From IMG/VR virus record IMGVR_UViG_3300025466_000014: DNA of 64,000 bases, one strand, 5' to 3'. How positions within the stretch are numbered: the stretch's first letter is position 1; each line of letters starts with the position of its first letter. A program made the position numbers and the translations under genes. The stretch is from a virus. The notes under the pieces were generated by a model. The model saw only the letters and a program-made list of their open reading frames with translations, ran no database searches and was not told the DNA's origin. Shown here piece by piece: positions 8,769-17,064 of the stretch.

Positions 8769-9091
8769 AAATGGAACTACTCTTGTTACACCTTGTAGGC
8801 GGTCAGGAAATTATGGGCACAGTGGAACACGTCGGCTCTTTGGTCGAGGTTCACAAACCCTATGAAGTCCTTATATCTCCTCTTCAAAATCCAACAGAAG
8901 AAGAAGTTGCTTCTCGCAAGGTTCAAATTTCCCTTTCCCCCTTCGGTAGTTTCTACGGACTTCAGGAGGGTGAAGAAGTTTTGCAGTTAAACCCGATGCT
9001 TATTCTTGCCCGACGACAGCCTAATTCAAATTTAATCAACCACTACACAGACATAACATGCGATACAGCCTCTACGCAAAAGTCGGACTAA
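8765..9091 (+). CDS. Hypothetical protein, Sm/SH3-like small beta fold typical of T4-like phages
   Basis: LLHLVGGQEIMG...KP pattern; ATGA overlap. Confidence 0.4.
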   Translation: MKMELLLLHLVGGQEIMGTVEHVGSLVEVHKPYEVLISPLQNPTEEEVASRKVQISLSPFGSFYGLQEGEEVLQLNPMLILARRQPNSNLINHYTDITCDTASTQKSD

Positions 9092-9309
9092 AGACTACTT
9101 TCTTGCAGACGTCTCACTCCTTGGATAGTCTTAAGACCGCAAAAAATACGTACACTCGATGGATGAACGAGATGGGATTCGATTTGCAGAGAAATCCAGC
9201 CCCTAATTTAGTAATCTACGAAGACGGTGTTCCAATCCTAGAAGCTCCCTACAATCAATCCAGGCGTAAATGGGAAAATTTAGTTCCTGAAACTGAAAAA
9301 ACAGTATAA
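9058..9309 (+). CDS. Hypothetical protein
   Basis: ORF fills the gap before the intergenic region. Confidence 0.45.
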   Translation: MRYSLYAKVGLKTTFLQTSHSLDSLKTAKNTYTRWMNEMGFDLQRNPAPNLVIYEDGVPILEAPYNQSRRKWENLVPETEKTV

Positions 9310-9363
9310 ACCTTTTTATTTTTACTTTAAAACGTACCAAAAATTAAATTTCTTGTTATTTTC

Positions 9364-9380
9364 TGTGCTATAATAAATTG
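9364..9380 (+). promoter_or_regulatory. Host sigma70-type extended -10 promoter (TGnTATAAT)
   Basis: TGTGCTATAATAAATTG in AT-rich intergenic DNA; near-identical copy at 12190. Confidence 0.65.
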
Positions 9381-9462
9381 TCGATGATAGGCAGGCATCG
9401 GCTGTTTTTAACACTTTGGGAGAAAACAAAGTCTTAGAGGTAAGACTAGTTTACGAGAAGAC

Positions 9463-9492
9463 AAGGGGAAGCGAAAAAGCTTCCCCTTTATT
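9463..9492 (+). terminator. Strong stem-loop, probable terminator or attenuator
   Basis: AAGGGGAAGC-gaaaaa-GCTTCCCCTT then TATT. Confidence 0.55.
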
Positions 9493-9550
9493 GGTGATGA
9501 AGGAATACTCCAAATAATGGATAGCCTTCAGTTTTGTTTTAGAGGTTTTA

Positions 9551-10231
9551 ATGATTAAAAAAGATGGTATAAAAGAAGGCACAAAGGCTAATCTACAAGA
9601 AGCTTTCAAGTGTCAAGAGTGTTTGCATTACAAACAAACACCACATCGCACTAATAAGAAACCATGTGCGGAGGAGGGCGTTCGATCTTTTGCTCTGGCG
9701 CCCAAATGTTTTACACCTGATTACACAAAGGTAATAAGTAACGCAGACGAGTTTGTTGCAATCTCTACGTTTTTTCATTCGCGTACACCGCAACAGAAAA
9801 AGATACTCCTTGGTATGCTGAGGCAGCAACCTAAAGGACGCAAACTAAAGATGGGTACCCGTCTTTATCTCAACGTCGGCAATCGCGACTACATATCGAA
9901 TTACCTGTGCGGCTACGTTGTTGGTTACACCTCAGGTAACGAGATTGTTCTTGCAGGCTCGGCGACAAACAAGGCCAGTGGGCGTGTATTCTTTGCTTAT
10001 TTGAAAGATGACTCTTCTCTGCTAACACACGCAGAATGGAAACCGAAAATGCAGGCTCTTTTGCTCAAAGGTCGAATACAAGACCCGAAAGCCGTAGTTA
10101 AACGCGACATCACCGCCGAGGTGAAGGAGAATAACTACGAAGTGCCGACAATAGATAGTGCCCCCAAAGGTACGCTGTCTAAAAAATCAGCAGTCGTTAG
10201 AAAAGATTTGGTACAAATTCTCTCTTTCTAG
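9551..10231 (+). CDS. Hypothetical protein with N-terminal Cys cluster
   Basis: CQEC..C..C; RBS AGAGG. Confidence 0.55.
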   Translation: MIKKDGIKEGTKANLQEAFKCQECLHYKQTPHRTNKKPCAEEGVRSFALAPKCFTPDYTKVISNADEFVAISTFFHSRTPQQKKILLGMLRQQPKGRKLKMGTRLYLNVGNRDYISNYLCGYVVGYTSGNEIVLAGSATNKASGRVFFAYLKDDSSLLTHAEWKPKMQALLLKGRIQDPKAVVKRDITAEVKENNYEVPTIDSAPKGTLSKKSAVVRKDLVQILSF

Positions 10232-10240
10232 TCCAAGTCC

Positions 10241-11182
10241 ATGCTTACCGAAATCTTTGGTCTGGGAGACGAACACACTGCTACTATGGGCATCTTGTTC
10301 GGCTATCTTTTCGGTCGTATTGGAAAATACGAGTTTAGGTCTCTTATTGGAGACAAAGCTATTGCGAAAGCAGTTTGGTCTAAGGCAGAGAGTTCTGGTT
10401 ACGTTCTAAAAAATTGCAAGCTTTTTGTTTACGCATACCATTACAACAAGAGTAAGGGTATGCCGACTTCACCTGCTAAATTTGGAATACATCAATCTGA
10501 CGTAGCTTTGCTAAAGAAGATAAATCTCAATCACATAAATTTAAAGAAGTTTAAACCTTATTCATTGTTTGATTTCAACAACCTTGAAGGTGCTTTGCTG
10601 ACGTCTCCAGAAATGGATACGCACATTGGAAAATTTATTAGCCGAAAACTTATCTTTTTGACTCGAAGTTACGGCGTTAGTAGAGAAGAACTGGAATCGC
10701 AATTGCAGCAAAGAGCACTTTATGCTTTGCGAAAACAGTTTCCTTGTTATGACTCTGACTTACATGCTCTGAACATTTGTAAGACGGCTATTCATAATGA
10801 GGGTATGGGCATCATTGAATACTGGACGCGTGAGAAGCGCAATGCTCTGACAAAAGAGAACGGGGTTTTTCAGGCAGTTAACGTGCCGTACACCTCACTT
10901 ACCAAAGTAGGTGTACGCCCGCAGCATGAAGACGAATTGAGGATAAACCTGAAATGCTTGGTAGCAATCGCTCCTAAACTTAGCCCGAAAGCGCGAAAGT
11001 TTTTGGAAGCGGCCGCAGGTTTGCATGACCCCGGTTTTTCTTTGTTTTTAGGCATTGACAATGACGACGCGGCTCAATCTTGGTCTTGGGATAGGTACAT
11101 GCGCAATCTGCAAACGTATTTTTCTGTTACCCAACAGCAAACTACAAAACTTTTGATTAATCTGCGAAAGGCTATGCAATGA
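10241..11182 (+). CDS. Putative sigma70/ECF-like phage sigma factor
   Basis: Region-2-like VSREELESQL..ALYALRKQFPCYD..KTAIHNE; region-4-like LSPKARKFLEAAAGL with terminal HTH-like helix. Confidence 0.5.
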   Translation: MLTEIFGLGDEHTATMGILFGYLFGRIGKYEFRSLIGDKAIAKAVWSKAESSGYVLKNCKLFVYAYHYNKSKGMPTSPAKFGIHQSDVALLKKINLNHINLKKFKPYSLFDFNNLEGALLTSPEMDTHIGKFISRKLIFLTRSYGVSREELESQLQQRALYALRKQFPCYDSDLHALNICKTAIHNEGMGIIEYWTREKRNALTKENGVFQAVNVPYTSLTKVGVRPQHEDELRINLKCLVAIAPKLSPKARKFLEAAAGLHDPGFSLFLGIDNDDAAQSWSWDRYMRNLQTYFSVTQQQTTKLLINLRKAMQ

Positions 11183-11769
11183 ATGAATACAGAAACATGG
11201 CAAAATATCGAATAGCGGCCTCATCTCTAGAGCACGTTGCTTTAGTACCTGAGGTGCAGCACGCCTTAGAGGCATGGGTTACCGCCAATAAGGAGCTTTC
11301 ACGCGGTGTCTTGATAGGGGGTTTGGCTATGAGCTTTTATACCAAACCTCGCTATACAGAAGATGTTGACATACTCTTCTTGAGCGTTAAGGACATACCT
11401 GAAACAGTTGCTGGGTTTAAACGTTACCGACCCGGTGCCTTTGAAGAGAACAAGACGCAAGTTTCAATTGAGGTAGTCACGCCAGCGTCTTTTACTTTAA
11501 TGCCCGATGCAGTTGCCGACAAAGTTTTCAGGTCGGCTGTAGCCTTTGGCAACTTAAAAGTTGCGTCTAGGGAAGGCATGATAGCCTTGAAGCTCTGTAG
11601 TGCGCAAGATAAGAGGCGCAAGCTTAAAGACTTAGCGGACGTTGTGGAGCTACTTGACGTAGACTTGTCTTTAGTAGAGGCCCTATATCGGTCTTTAAGG
11701 GCCTGGCCGATAAACGATGCAGCAAAGCTTCTTTTGGATGAAGCCTTCAAGACAGTTTTTTTCTTCTGA
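11179..11769 (+). CDS. Nucleotidyltransferase (AbiEii/DUF6036-like, Pol-beta superfamily)
   Basis: IGGLAM...PRYTEDVDIL (GG-x-A..R-x-T-x-D-x-D); C-terminal ALKL...R..KD..D. Confidence 0.8.
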   Translation: MNEYRNMAKYRIAASSLEHVALVPEVQHALEAWVTANKELSRGVLIGGLAMSFYTKPRYTEDVDILFLSVKDIPETVAGFKRYRPGAFEENKTQVSIEVVTPASFTLMPDAVADKVFRSAVAFGNLKVASREGMIALKLCSAQDKRRKLKDLADVVELLDVDLSLVEALYRSLRAWPINDAAKLLLDEAFKTVFFF

Positions 11770-11779
11770 GGGGATTTAA

Positions 11780-12070
11780 ATGCAAATAAACTTTTTGTTT
11801 AAAAAACCGGAACCGCCCAAAACCAAAGTACACGTCCTAAAATCGTGGCCGCAGTTTATGGACTCCTTTGAAGATGGCTCTTTGACCTTTGACATTCGTA
11901 TTAACGACCGTTCTTTTCAAAGAGGCGACTTCCTGGTACTGCGCGAGTTTGACCAGCATAAAAAAGAGTACGTCCCTCATGGGCGCACATTTAAATTCAC
12001 AATTACCTACGTCCTTTCAGGTTGGGGCGTTGCTCCCGGGCACGTAGGGCTTGCTTTGCAGCGGCATTAA
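11780..12070 (+). CDS. DUF3850 / ASCH-PUA domain protein
   Basis: HVLKSWP.F......TFDIRINDRSFQRGDFLVLREFD. Confidence 0.85.
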   Translation: MQINFLFKKPEPPKTKVHVLKSWPQFMDSFEDGSLTFDIRINDRSFQRGDFLVLREFDQHKKEYVPHGRTFKFTITYVLSGWGVAPGHVGLALQRH

Positions 12071-12081
12071 AATTGAAACTG

Positions 12082-12115
12082 TTTAGCACGTTTTTTCACC
12101 TAAAAACGTGCTAAA
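12082..12115. repeat. Perfect 14-bp inverted repeat
   Basis: TTTAGCACGTTTTT-tcacct-AAAAACGTGCTAAA. Confidence 0.9.
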
Positions 12116-12189
12116 TCTGCATAAAAATGCTGTTTTTTTGCTGTAAAAGCACAGTAGACCACCTGTTTTTACCAAAATTACCACCTTTT

Positions 12190-12206
12190 TGTGTTAAAAT
12201 AAATTG
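12190..12206 (+). promoter_or_regulatory. Extended -10 promoter, sibling of 9364
   Basis: TGTGTTAAAATAAATTG; 15/17 identical to 9364-9380. Confidence 0.6.
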
Positions 12207-12271
12207 CGGGCAGCGCAGACCGACAACCTGCGTAATTTTGTAAACTGTTTATTTAATTTAGGAGTGTTTCA

Positions 12272-12535
12272 ATGAAAAAAGCTCTGTTCACCAAAAAAGA
12301 AATCCTGGCCCTTAAACCCGGCACATGGATTTTTGTTAAATGGAACGACAGCGAGCCAACCAGCGCCTTGCTGGTTTTTAAACCAGAAAACGAACCTGGT
12401 GAAATACCTCTGACCTGCTTTCACCCTAAGCTGGGTCACGTAAACAGTTGGGTCGTACACACCCAAGTTATTGGCATCGGTGAAACAATCTTAGTTCCCG
12501 AGCCTGTTGCCCAAGTTGCAAGCATTGGAGCATAA
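12272..12535 (+). CDS. Hypothetical protein
   Basis: Strong RBS TAGGAG. Confidence 0.65.
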   Translation: MKKALFTKKEILALKPGTWIFVKWNDSEPTSALLVFKPENEPGEIPLTCFHPKLGHVNSWVVHTQVIGIGETILVPEPVAQVASIGA

Positions 12536-12536
12536 A

Positions 12537-12701
12537 ATGCTTATTGCAAAAACAGGCACCCTCAAATACCGTTTCTTTATGTTATTTCCTGCCTTTACCG
12601 GCGTTCACATTGAGTCGGCTCGCGTAGGCAACGATTGCGCTACCTACGTTAGCATTTCTTGGCAGCCTAAAATTTACCTACGTTCATTATTTAGGAATTA
12701 A
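12537..12701 (+). CDS. Small hypothetical protein (54 aa)
   Basis: GGAG RBS then ATG right after the previous stop. Confidence 0.5.
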   Translation: MLIAKTGTLKYRFFMLFPAFTGVHIESARVGNDCATYVSISWQPKIYLRSLFRN

Positions 12702-12702
12702 G

Positions 12703-12873
12703 ATGGTTGTAGTAGGAAGTAAAGCTTGGTGCGAATCCTGTGCCGCTTTGTATCTAAAACTTGCCGAAAAGAGGTTTAGCAAGGCGGTTGTAAGTGATTT
12801 CGATGTGCATATTGCACACCATTACCTGTTTGAATCTTTTATTTGGTCTACCACTAAACCTTGGAGTACTTGA
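12703..12873 (+). CDS. Small hypothetical protein (56 aa), absent from ORF track
   Basis: AGGA RBS; MVVVGSKAWCESC...KPWST*; TGATG overlap with next gene. Confidence 0.5.
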   Translation: MVVVGSKAWCESCAALYLKLAEKRFSKAVVSDFDVHIAHHYLFESFIWSTTKPWST

Positions 12874-13130
12874 TGACACAAGATCAACTTGACGCTGTAA
12901 ACAAAGAAGCTACAGACTGCATGGAGCAATTTCTCAATGGACTAATCACCATAGTAGAGTTTGCAAAGTTCATGTCTGTGTTGGACAGAAAATTTACCGC
13001 AGACCCAGACCTTTACGGGTTGCTTGACCCCAATACCGGACTGCGTTTCCCCACAAAAGAGGAAACCGACGCTTTCATGGCAAGTGTGGACTTGCGGATG
13101 GAGGAACAAAAACTCCCAGTTGTAGGTTAA
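12873..13130 (+). CDS. Hypothetical protein
   Basis: ATG in TGATG overlap, GGAG upstream. Confidence 0.6.
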   Translation: MTQDQLDAVNKEATDCMEQFLNGLITIVEFAKFMSVLDRKFTADPDLYGLLDPNTGLRFPTKEETDAFMASVDLRMEEQKLPVVG

Positions 13131-13193
13131 CTTAAAATTTTACAGGTGGCTTAAAAACCCACCTATCCTTGATTAACTATCGAAAGGCTAAAA

Positions 13194-14162
13194 ATGAAAA
13201 ATGCGGTTGAACTTTCTGAAAAAATCAACAATTGGATACACGTTGCTCTTAGGGACTTTAAAGGCAACGGCATAAACTTGGCAACAGCAGTGGCTACTTT
13301 AGCTTATAAAGAAGCAGCCTCCGACACTTTGGAGTCGCTTTTGAGTTCTAAGATCGCTCTTAAGGAAGGCTTGCGTGAGCTTTTCATAAAAGAATACGTA
13401 GAAAGTGACGAGGTTAAGGGCTGGCGTAAACGCCAGCATATCCTGCTGGATTGTTTAGAGGACATTATGCACTCTACCGATGACAACGCTACAGCAGCAA
13501 AAGCCAAATATGCTATATGGGAAGTTGGTGGTATTTACGTAGGTAAGAATCTGAATCCAGACAAATCGGTAGATTCTGATGAGACTGACAAGTCTGACAA
13601 GTCTAATAAACCTACCAAATCGGTTTCAGACGAAGGTGAAAACACAAATGTAGAAATAGGTGCAATAAAACCCTACTGGTCGTCTGAGATTATACTTCCC
13701 TATAATGTAAAGTTTTTGCGTACAACGGTTCACAACCGCACAATCTACGACTGGTATCTGTCTGATGATGCATACGTGTCTAATGAACTTATTGCTAAAT
13801 ACGGTGACGGCCCTAGCTTGCATACTTTCTTCTACGTTGATTCAGAGCCTACCTCTTCTCTAGCCCAAGAAGCCCGAGACGTTTTTAACCTGTATAAGCA
13901 GGAAGAGGCGTTCTTAATTAAAGATGTGCCTGCCGTTAACGAGGCACGCCGAGAAGTGGTAGGCGACTACATAAAAAAGCTTTCAAGTTTGCCCAGAGAC
14001 AAAAACTTGTCTTCTGACCAAGTTCGAGAATTACGCGCAACTCTTTTACAGTCCTTGACAGAGTACTTGCTAGAGTTGGAGCACACTGAAGGCGTTTTAA
14101 AAGGCCTCTTGGCACGTCATCGGTTGGTAGCAAATTTTGTTGTCCGTTCCTTGGAGATTTAA
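13194..14162 (+). CDS. Hypothetical protein
   Basis: 322-aa ORF with GAAAGG RBS. Confidence 0.6.
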   Translation: MKNAVELSEKINNWIHVALRDFKGNGINLATAVATLAYKEAASDTLESLLSSKIALKEGLRELFIKEYVESDEVKGWRKRQHILLDCLEDIMHSTDDNATAAKAKYAIWEVGGIYVGKNLNPDKSVDSDETDKSDKSNKPTKSVSDEGENTNVEIGAIKPYWSSEIILPYNVKFLRTTVHNRTIYDWYLSDDAYVSNELIAKYGDGPSLHTFFYVDSEPTSSLAQEARDVFNLYKQEEAFLIKDVPAVNEARREVVGDYIKKLSSLPRDKNLSSDQVRELRATLLQSLTEYLLELEHTEGVLKGLLARHRLVANFVVRSLEI

Positions 14163-14390
14163 GTGTTAAAAAATTTAGAGCAGATCGGAAAAATAAACGA
14201 TTTTAGAATCGTTGTTAGTGAAGATAACAACATTACTATTATTGTAAGCAAACAACCGTTCTACGTAACTACCAAAGACACGGGAGAGTGGTCTATGGTT
14301 AAAAAGATGGATGCAGAGTACATCTTCATTTTGAAAGGCATGTTTTCTCCAACCGAAGAGCTTCCCTTCTTTTTTGTGCGCAACTTTTAA
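14163..14390 (+). CDS. Hypothetical protein
   Basis: GTG start after GGAG, abutting the previous stop. Confidence 0.45.
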   Translation: MLKNLEQIGKINDFRIVVSEDNNITIIVSKQPFYVTTKDTGEWSMVKKMDAEYIFILKGMFSPTEELPFFFVRNF

Positions 14391-14403
14391 TTTAGGATTT
14401 AAA

Positions 14404-15399
14404 ATGGCTACTAAGAAATATGAATTTGTTGAAGGTGACATTCGTCTTTACTCCAACCGTGTCTTGAAACGGATTAGGCTTCTAAAAGATATTTCCCTAG
14501 AAAATGATCAGCTGCTGCGCAAAGGCACACTAGGTGGTTATATCGAGACTGAGAATAACCTCTCACAACAGAGCACCTGCTGGGTTCACGCAGAAGCTCT
14601 GGTATTTCATAATGCCAGAGTTTCGGACGAGGCGCAGATTAAAGAGCAGGCTCGGGTTTATGGGGCAGCCTACGTAAATGAAAAAGCAGTCATTTCCGGA
14701 GCGGCTCACATTTACGGCAATGCTCACGTCTTTGATAGAGCCCTTGCTGAAGGTAAGTGTTTCATTTATGGATGCGCTAAAATTTCCGGCGGAGCAACTG
14801 TTACTGACAAGTGTAAAGTCTACGGTAATGCAAAAGTTTATGGCGACGCGCAAATTTGTCAGTCGGCAAAAGTTTATGGCGACGCCCTTGTTTGTGGTTA
14901 TGCAAAAGTTTATGGCAGTTCTGTAATTTACGACGATGTTTTTATTATGGGCAATGCAACAATAGACGGGAATTCCCAAATCTACGGAAGGGCAAATATT
15001 TCGGATAGTGCTCGCATTCTTAATGCGCGTGTATTTGGGTGCTCACGTATTAGGGGCGAGGCATTTGTGGGAAAAGATGCAGTTGTTTCAAACGCGGAAT
15101 TATCAGGCGGCTGCAAACTCCTGCATGATGCGCTTGTTTCAGAGGACGGAATGGTGTTCTACGCGCAAAATGTCGGTTCTGAGAATGGTACCTTGACGAT
15201 GTACAATACCAAAGACGGAACACTCAGAGTAACTCGTGGTTGTTTTGTGGGTACAGTAGACGAATTTCTCGAAGTTTCGGAAAAATGTCATGATACTCAG
15301 ACTCATATTGAATACCGAATGCTTATTGAGGTTGGGCATTCTCGTATCAGTCGTTGCCTGGCAAAACAATATAGTACGCACAGCGAGGAAGAGCTGTAA
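14404..15399 (+). CDS. Hexapeptide-repeat left-handed beta-helix protein (common phage family)
   Basis: KKYE..LKRIR..GTLGGYIETENNLSQ N-terminus, many A[KR]VYG[DN] hexads, C-terminal RVTRGCFVGTVDEF. Confidence 0.85.
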   Translation: MATKKYEFVEGDIRLYSNRVLKRIRLLKDISLENDQLLRKGTLGGYIETENNLSQQSTCWVHAEALVFHNARVSDEAQIKEQARVYGAAYVNEKAVISGAAHIYGNAHVFDRALAEGKCFIYGCAKISGGATVTDKCKVYGNAKVYGDAQICQSAKVYGDALVCGYAKVYGSSVIYDDVFIMGNATIDGNSQIYGRANISDSARILNARVFGCSRIRGEAFVGKDAVVSNAELSGGCKLLHDALVSEDGMVFYAQNVGSENGTLTMYNTKDGTLRVTRGCFVGTVDEFLEVSEKCHDTQTHIEYRMLIEVGHSRISRCLAKQYSTHSEEEL

Positions 15400-15461
15400 A
15401 CACAAGTAGTCAGTTTTAGCTTTTCCTTTCCTTTCTCCCCTCTCTTATTTTAGGATTCTAA

Positions 15462-16016
15462 ATGTCATCAGCCTCTACACCTACACCAGTCTCAATCCCA
15501 AGGGCAATCTTCTTGGACATTGAGGGTGTTGTAGTTACTCACCGCTCTATTTTGTACGCACACACTCCCGCTTTTCATTACCGCGGTGCTCGGGTTCCAG
15601 GTTGGGAAATTTTTATAGACTTTTCAGCTATGGCTCTTGTTTATCAGCTGGCTAAAGATTACAATTGCCTAATTGTTGTGATTTCAACTTTGCGCCGAGA
15701 CCCATATCTGCGTGAGGGGCTTTTGCTGGCTGCTCCTCTGTGGGCAAAAGAAGAAAATGGCGAAGGTTCTATCGCCTTCAACCTGCTCTCTCCGTTTATA
15801 ACTGGCAACAACAATACACGCGAAGAAGAGATTCTCACATTTGTGGCTAAACATAATGTTGAGAAATACGTGGTCATTGACGACCGGAAACTTGACACAG
15901 AGTTTCTAGTTCACGTTTCACCTGGTGACGGCTTTACTTTAGACGCCTTTTACAAGGCAGGCGATATGCTTGCTGATGAAAATCACCCAGTTGTTAACCA
16001 CGCTATCTTTCTTTGA
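15462..16016 (+). CDS. HAD-superfamily protein, Swiss-Army-Knife RNA-repair-like (HAD_SAK_2)
   Basis: IFLDIEGVV motif I (DxE variant), YVVIDD motif IV. Confidence 0.75.
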   Translation: MSSASTPTPVSIPRAIFLDIEGVVVTHRSILYAHTPAFHYRGARVPGWEIFIDFSAMALVYQLAKDYNCLIVVISTLRRDPYLREGLLLAAPLWAKEENGEGSIAFNLLSPFITGNNNTREEEILTFVAKHNVEKYVVIDDRKLDTEFLVHVSPGDGFTLDAFYKAGDMLADENHPVVNHAIFL

Positions 16017-16017
16017 T

Positions 16018-16314
16018 ATGAAAAAAGTTAAACTAAACGTAAAAGACATGTTTTTGGAAAATCCCAAGGCTGCACGTAAGGCAGTTAGGCAGGCTTTAAA
16101 GCAAGAACTTTGTCGAGTTCGTTTTCTAAAGCTTGACGGTACAATGCGTGTAATGTGGTGCTCGCAGCATCCAACATTTATGCCCCCACCTCAACCGAAA
16201 AAAGAAGACGCTTCTCGTGAAAAAGATAAAGAGCATTTTGCAGTTTGGGATATTGAGGCTGAAGGTTTTAGGAGCTTTAAACTTGAGACAGTTAAGACAC
16301 TTTCATATACCTAG
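16018..16314 (+). CDS. WYL_2 (DUF2693) Sm-like protein
   Basis: VRFLKLDGTMRVM.C......VWDIEAEGFRSFK. Confidence 0.8.
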   Translation: MKKVKLNVKDMFLENPKAARKAVRQALKQELCRVRFLKLDGTMRVMWCSQHPTFMPPPQPKKEDASREKDKEHFAVWDIEAEGFRSFKLETVKTLSYT

Positions 16315-16395
16315 CTTTCTGCTTTTCTTTGTCTTGTTCTTGTTAATCTTTTTGTCGCCGCTTATTTCATTTTTACTTTTTCGTTAGGAAATCAA

Positions 16396-17064
16396 ATGAT
16401 TGATACTCTACCATTTAAACGCCTGCTGCATAATGTAGCGGTAATTGACCTAGAGACATTTTCTCTAGAAACAAATGCCGTTGTTTACGAATTTGGTCTT
16501 ATAATTACTAACGTAGTTCCAGTCACAAGACCAGACCACCCAAACTGGCAGTCGTTTGGAGTTACTAAACTTGAGAGCTTAATTCAAGATAAGCAGGAAG
16601 ATTATGCACTGCCCTTAATCTTTCAAACCTACCAATGGTTTCCTCACATAGGTGAGCAGTGTGTATTGGGTTTATCTCTAGACAAAGAAACTGTTGATTT
16701 TCATAAAAAATTAGATGCAAACTTTATAGAAACCTACACCGAAAGACAAAAAGTTTCTATCTCTGTTAAAGAACTGCATAGCAAACTGAAGGCAGCATTA
16801 GAACAATTTTCCGTAAAAGAGATCTACGCCAATCACCCACAATTCGACTTGATAATTACGCGCAATCTATTCAAGACTGTAGGATTAAATAATCCTTGGA
16901 AGTACAACGAGGAATTCGACATTGCAACGGTACGTAAAGTTTACCAAAACTCCTTAGGTAAAGGCATGGCAGATTTTTCAAAATTGGAAAAATTGCCCAA
17001 CGTAATTCACACAGCCTTAGGCGATTGCCTTTGGAACCTTCACATTTTAGGATTGGGGATTTAA
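16396..17064 (+). CDS. DEDDh 3'-5' exonuclease (DexA/Rv2179c-like)
   Basis: VIDLET, YAN.PQFD, PWKY..EFDIAT, HTALGDC. Confidence 0.85.
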   Translation: MIDTLPFKRLLHNVAVIDLETFSLETNAVVYEFGLIITNVVPVTRPDHPNWQSFGVTKLESLIQDKQEDYALPLIFQTYQWFPHIGEQCVLGLSLDKETVDFHKKLDANFIETYTERQKVSISVKELHSKLKAALEQFSVKEIYANHPQFDLIITRNLFKTVGLNNPWKYNEEFDIATVRKVYQNSLGKGMADFSKLEKLPNVIHTALGDCLWNLHILGLGI

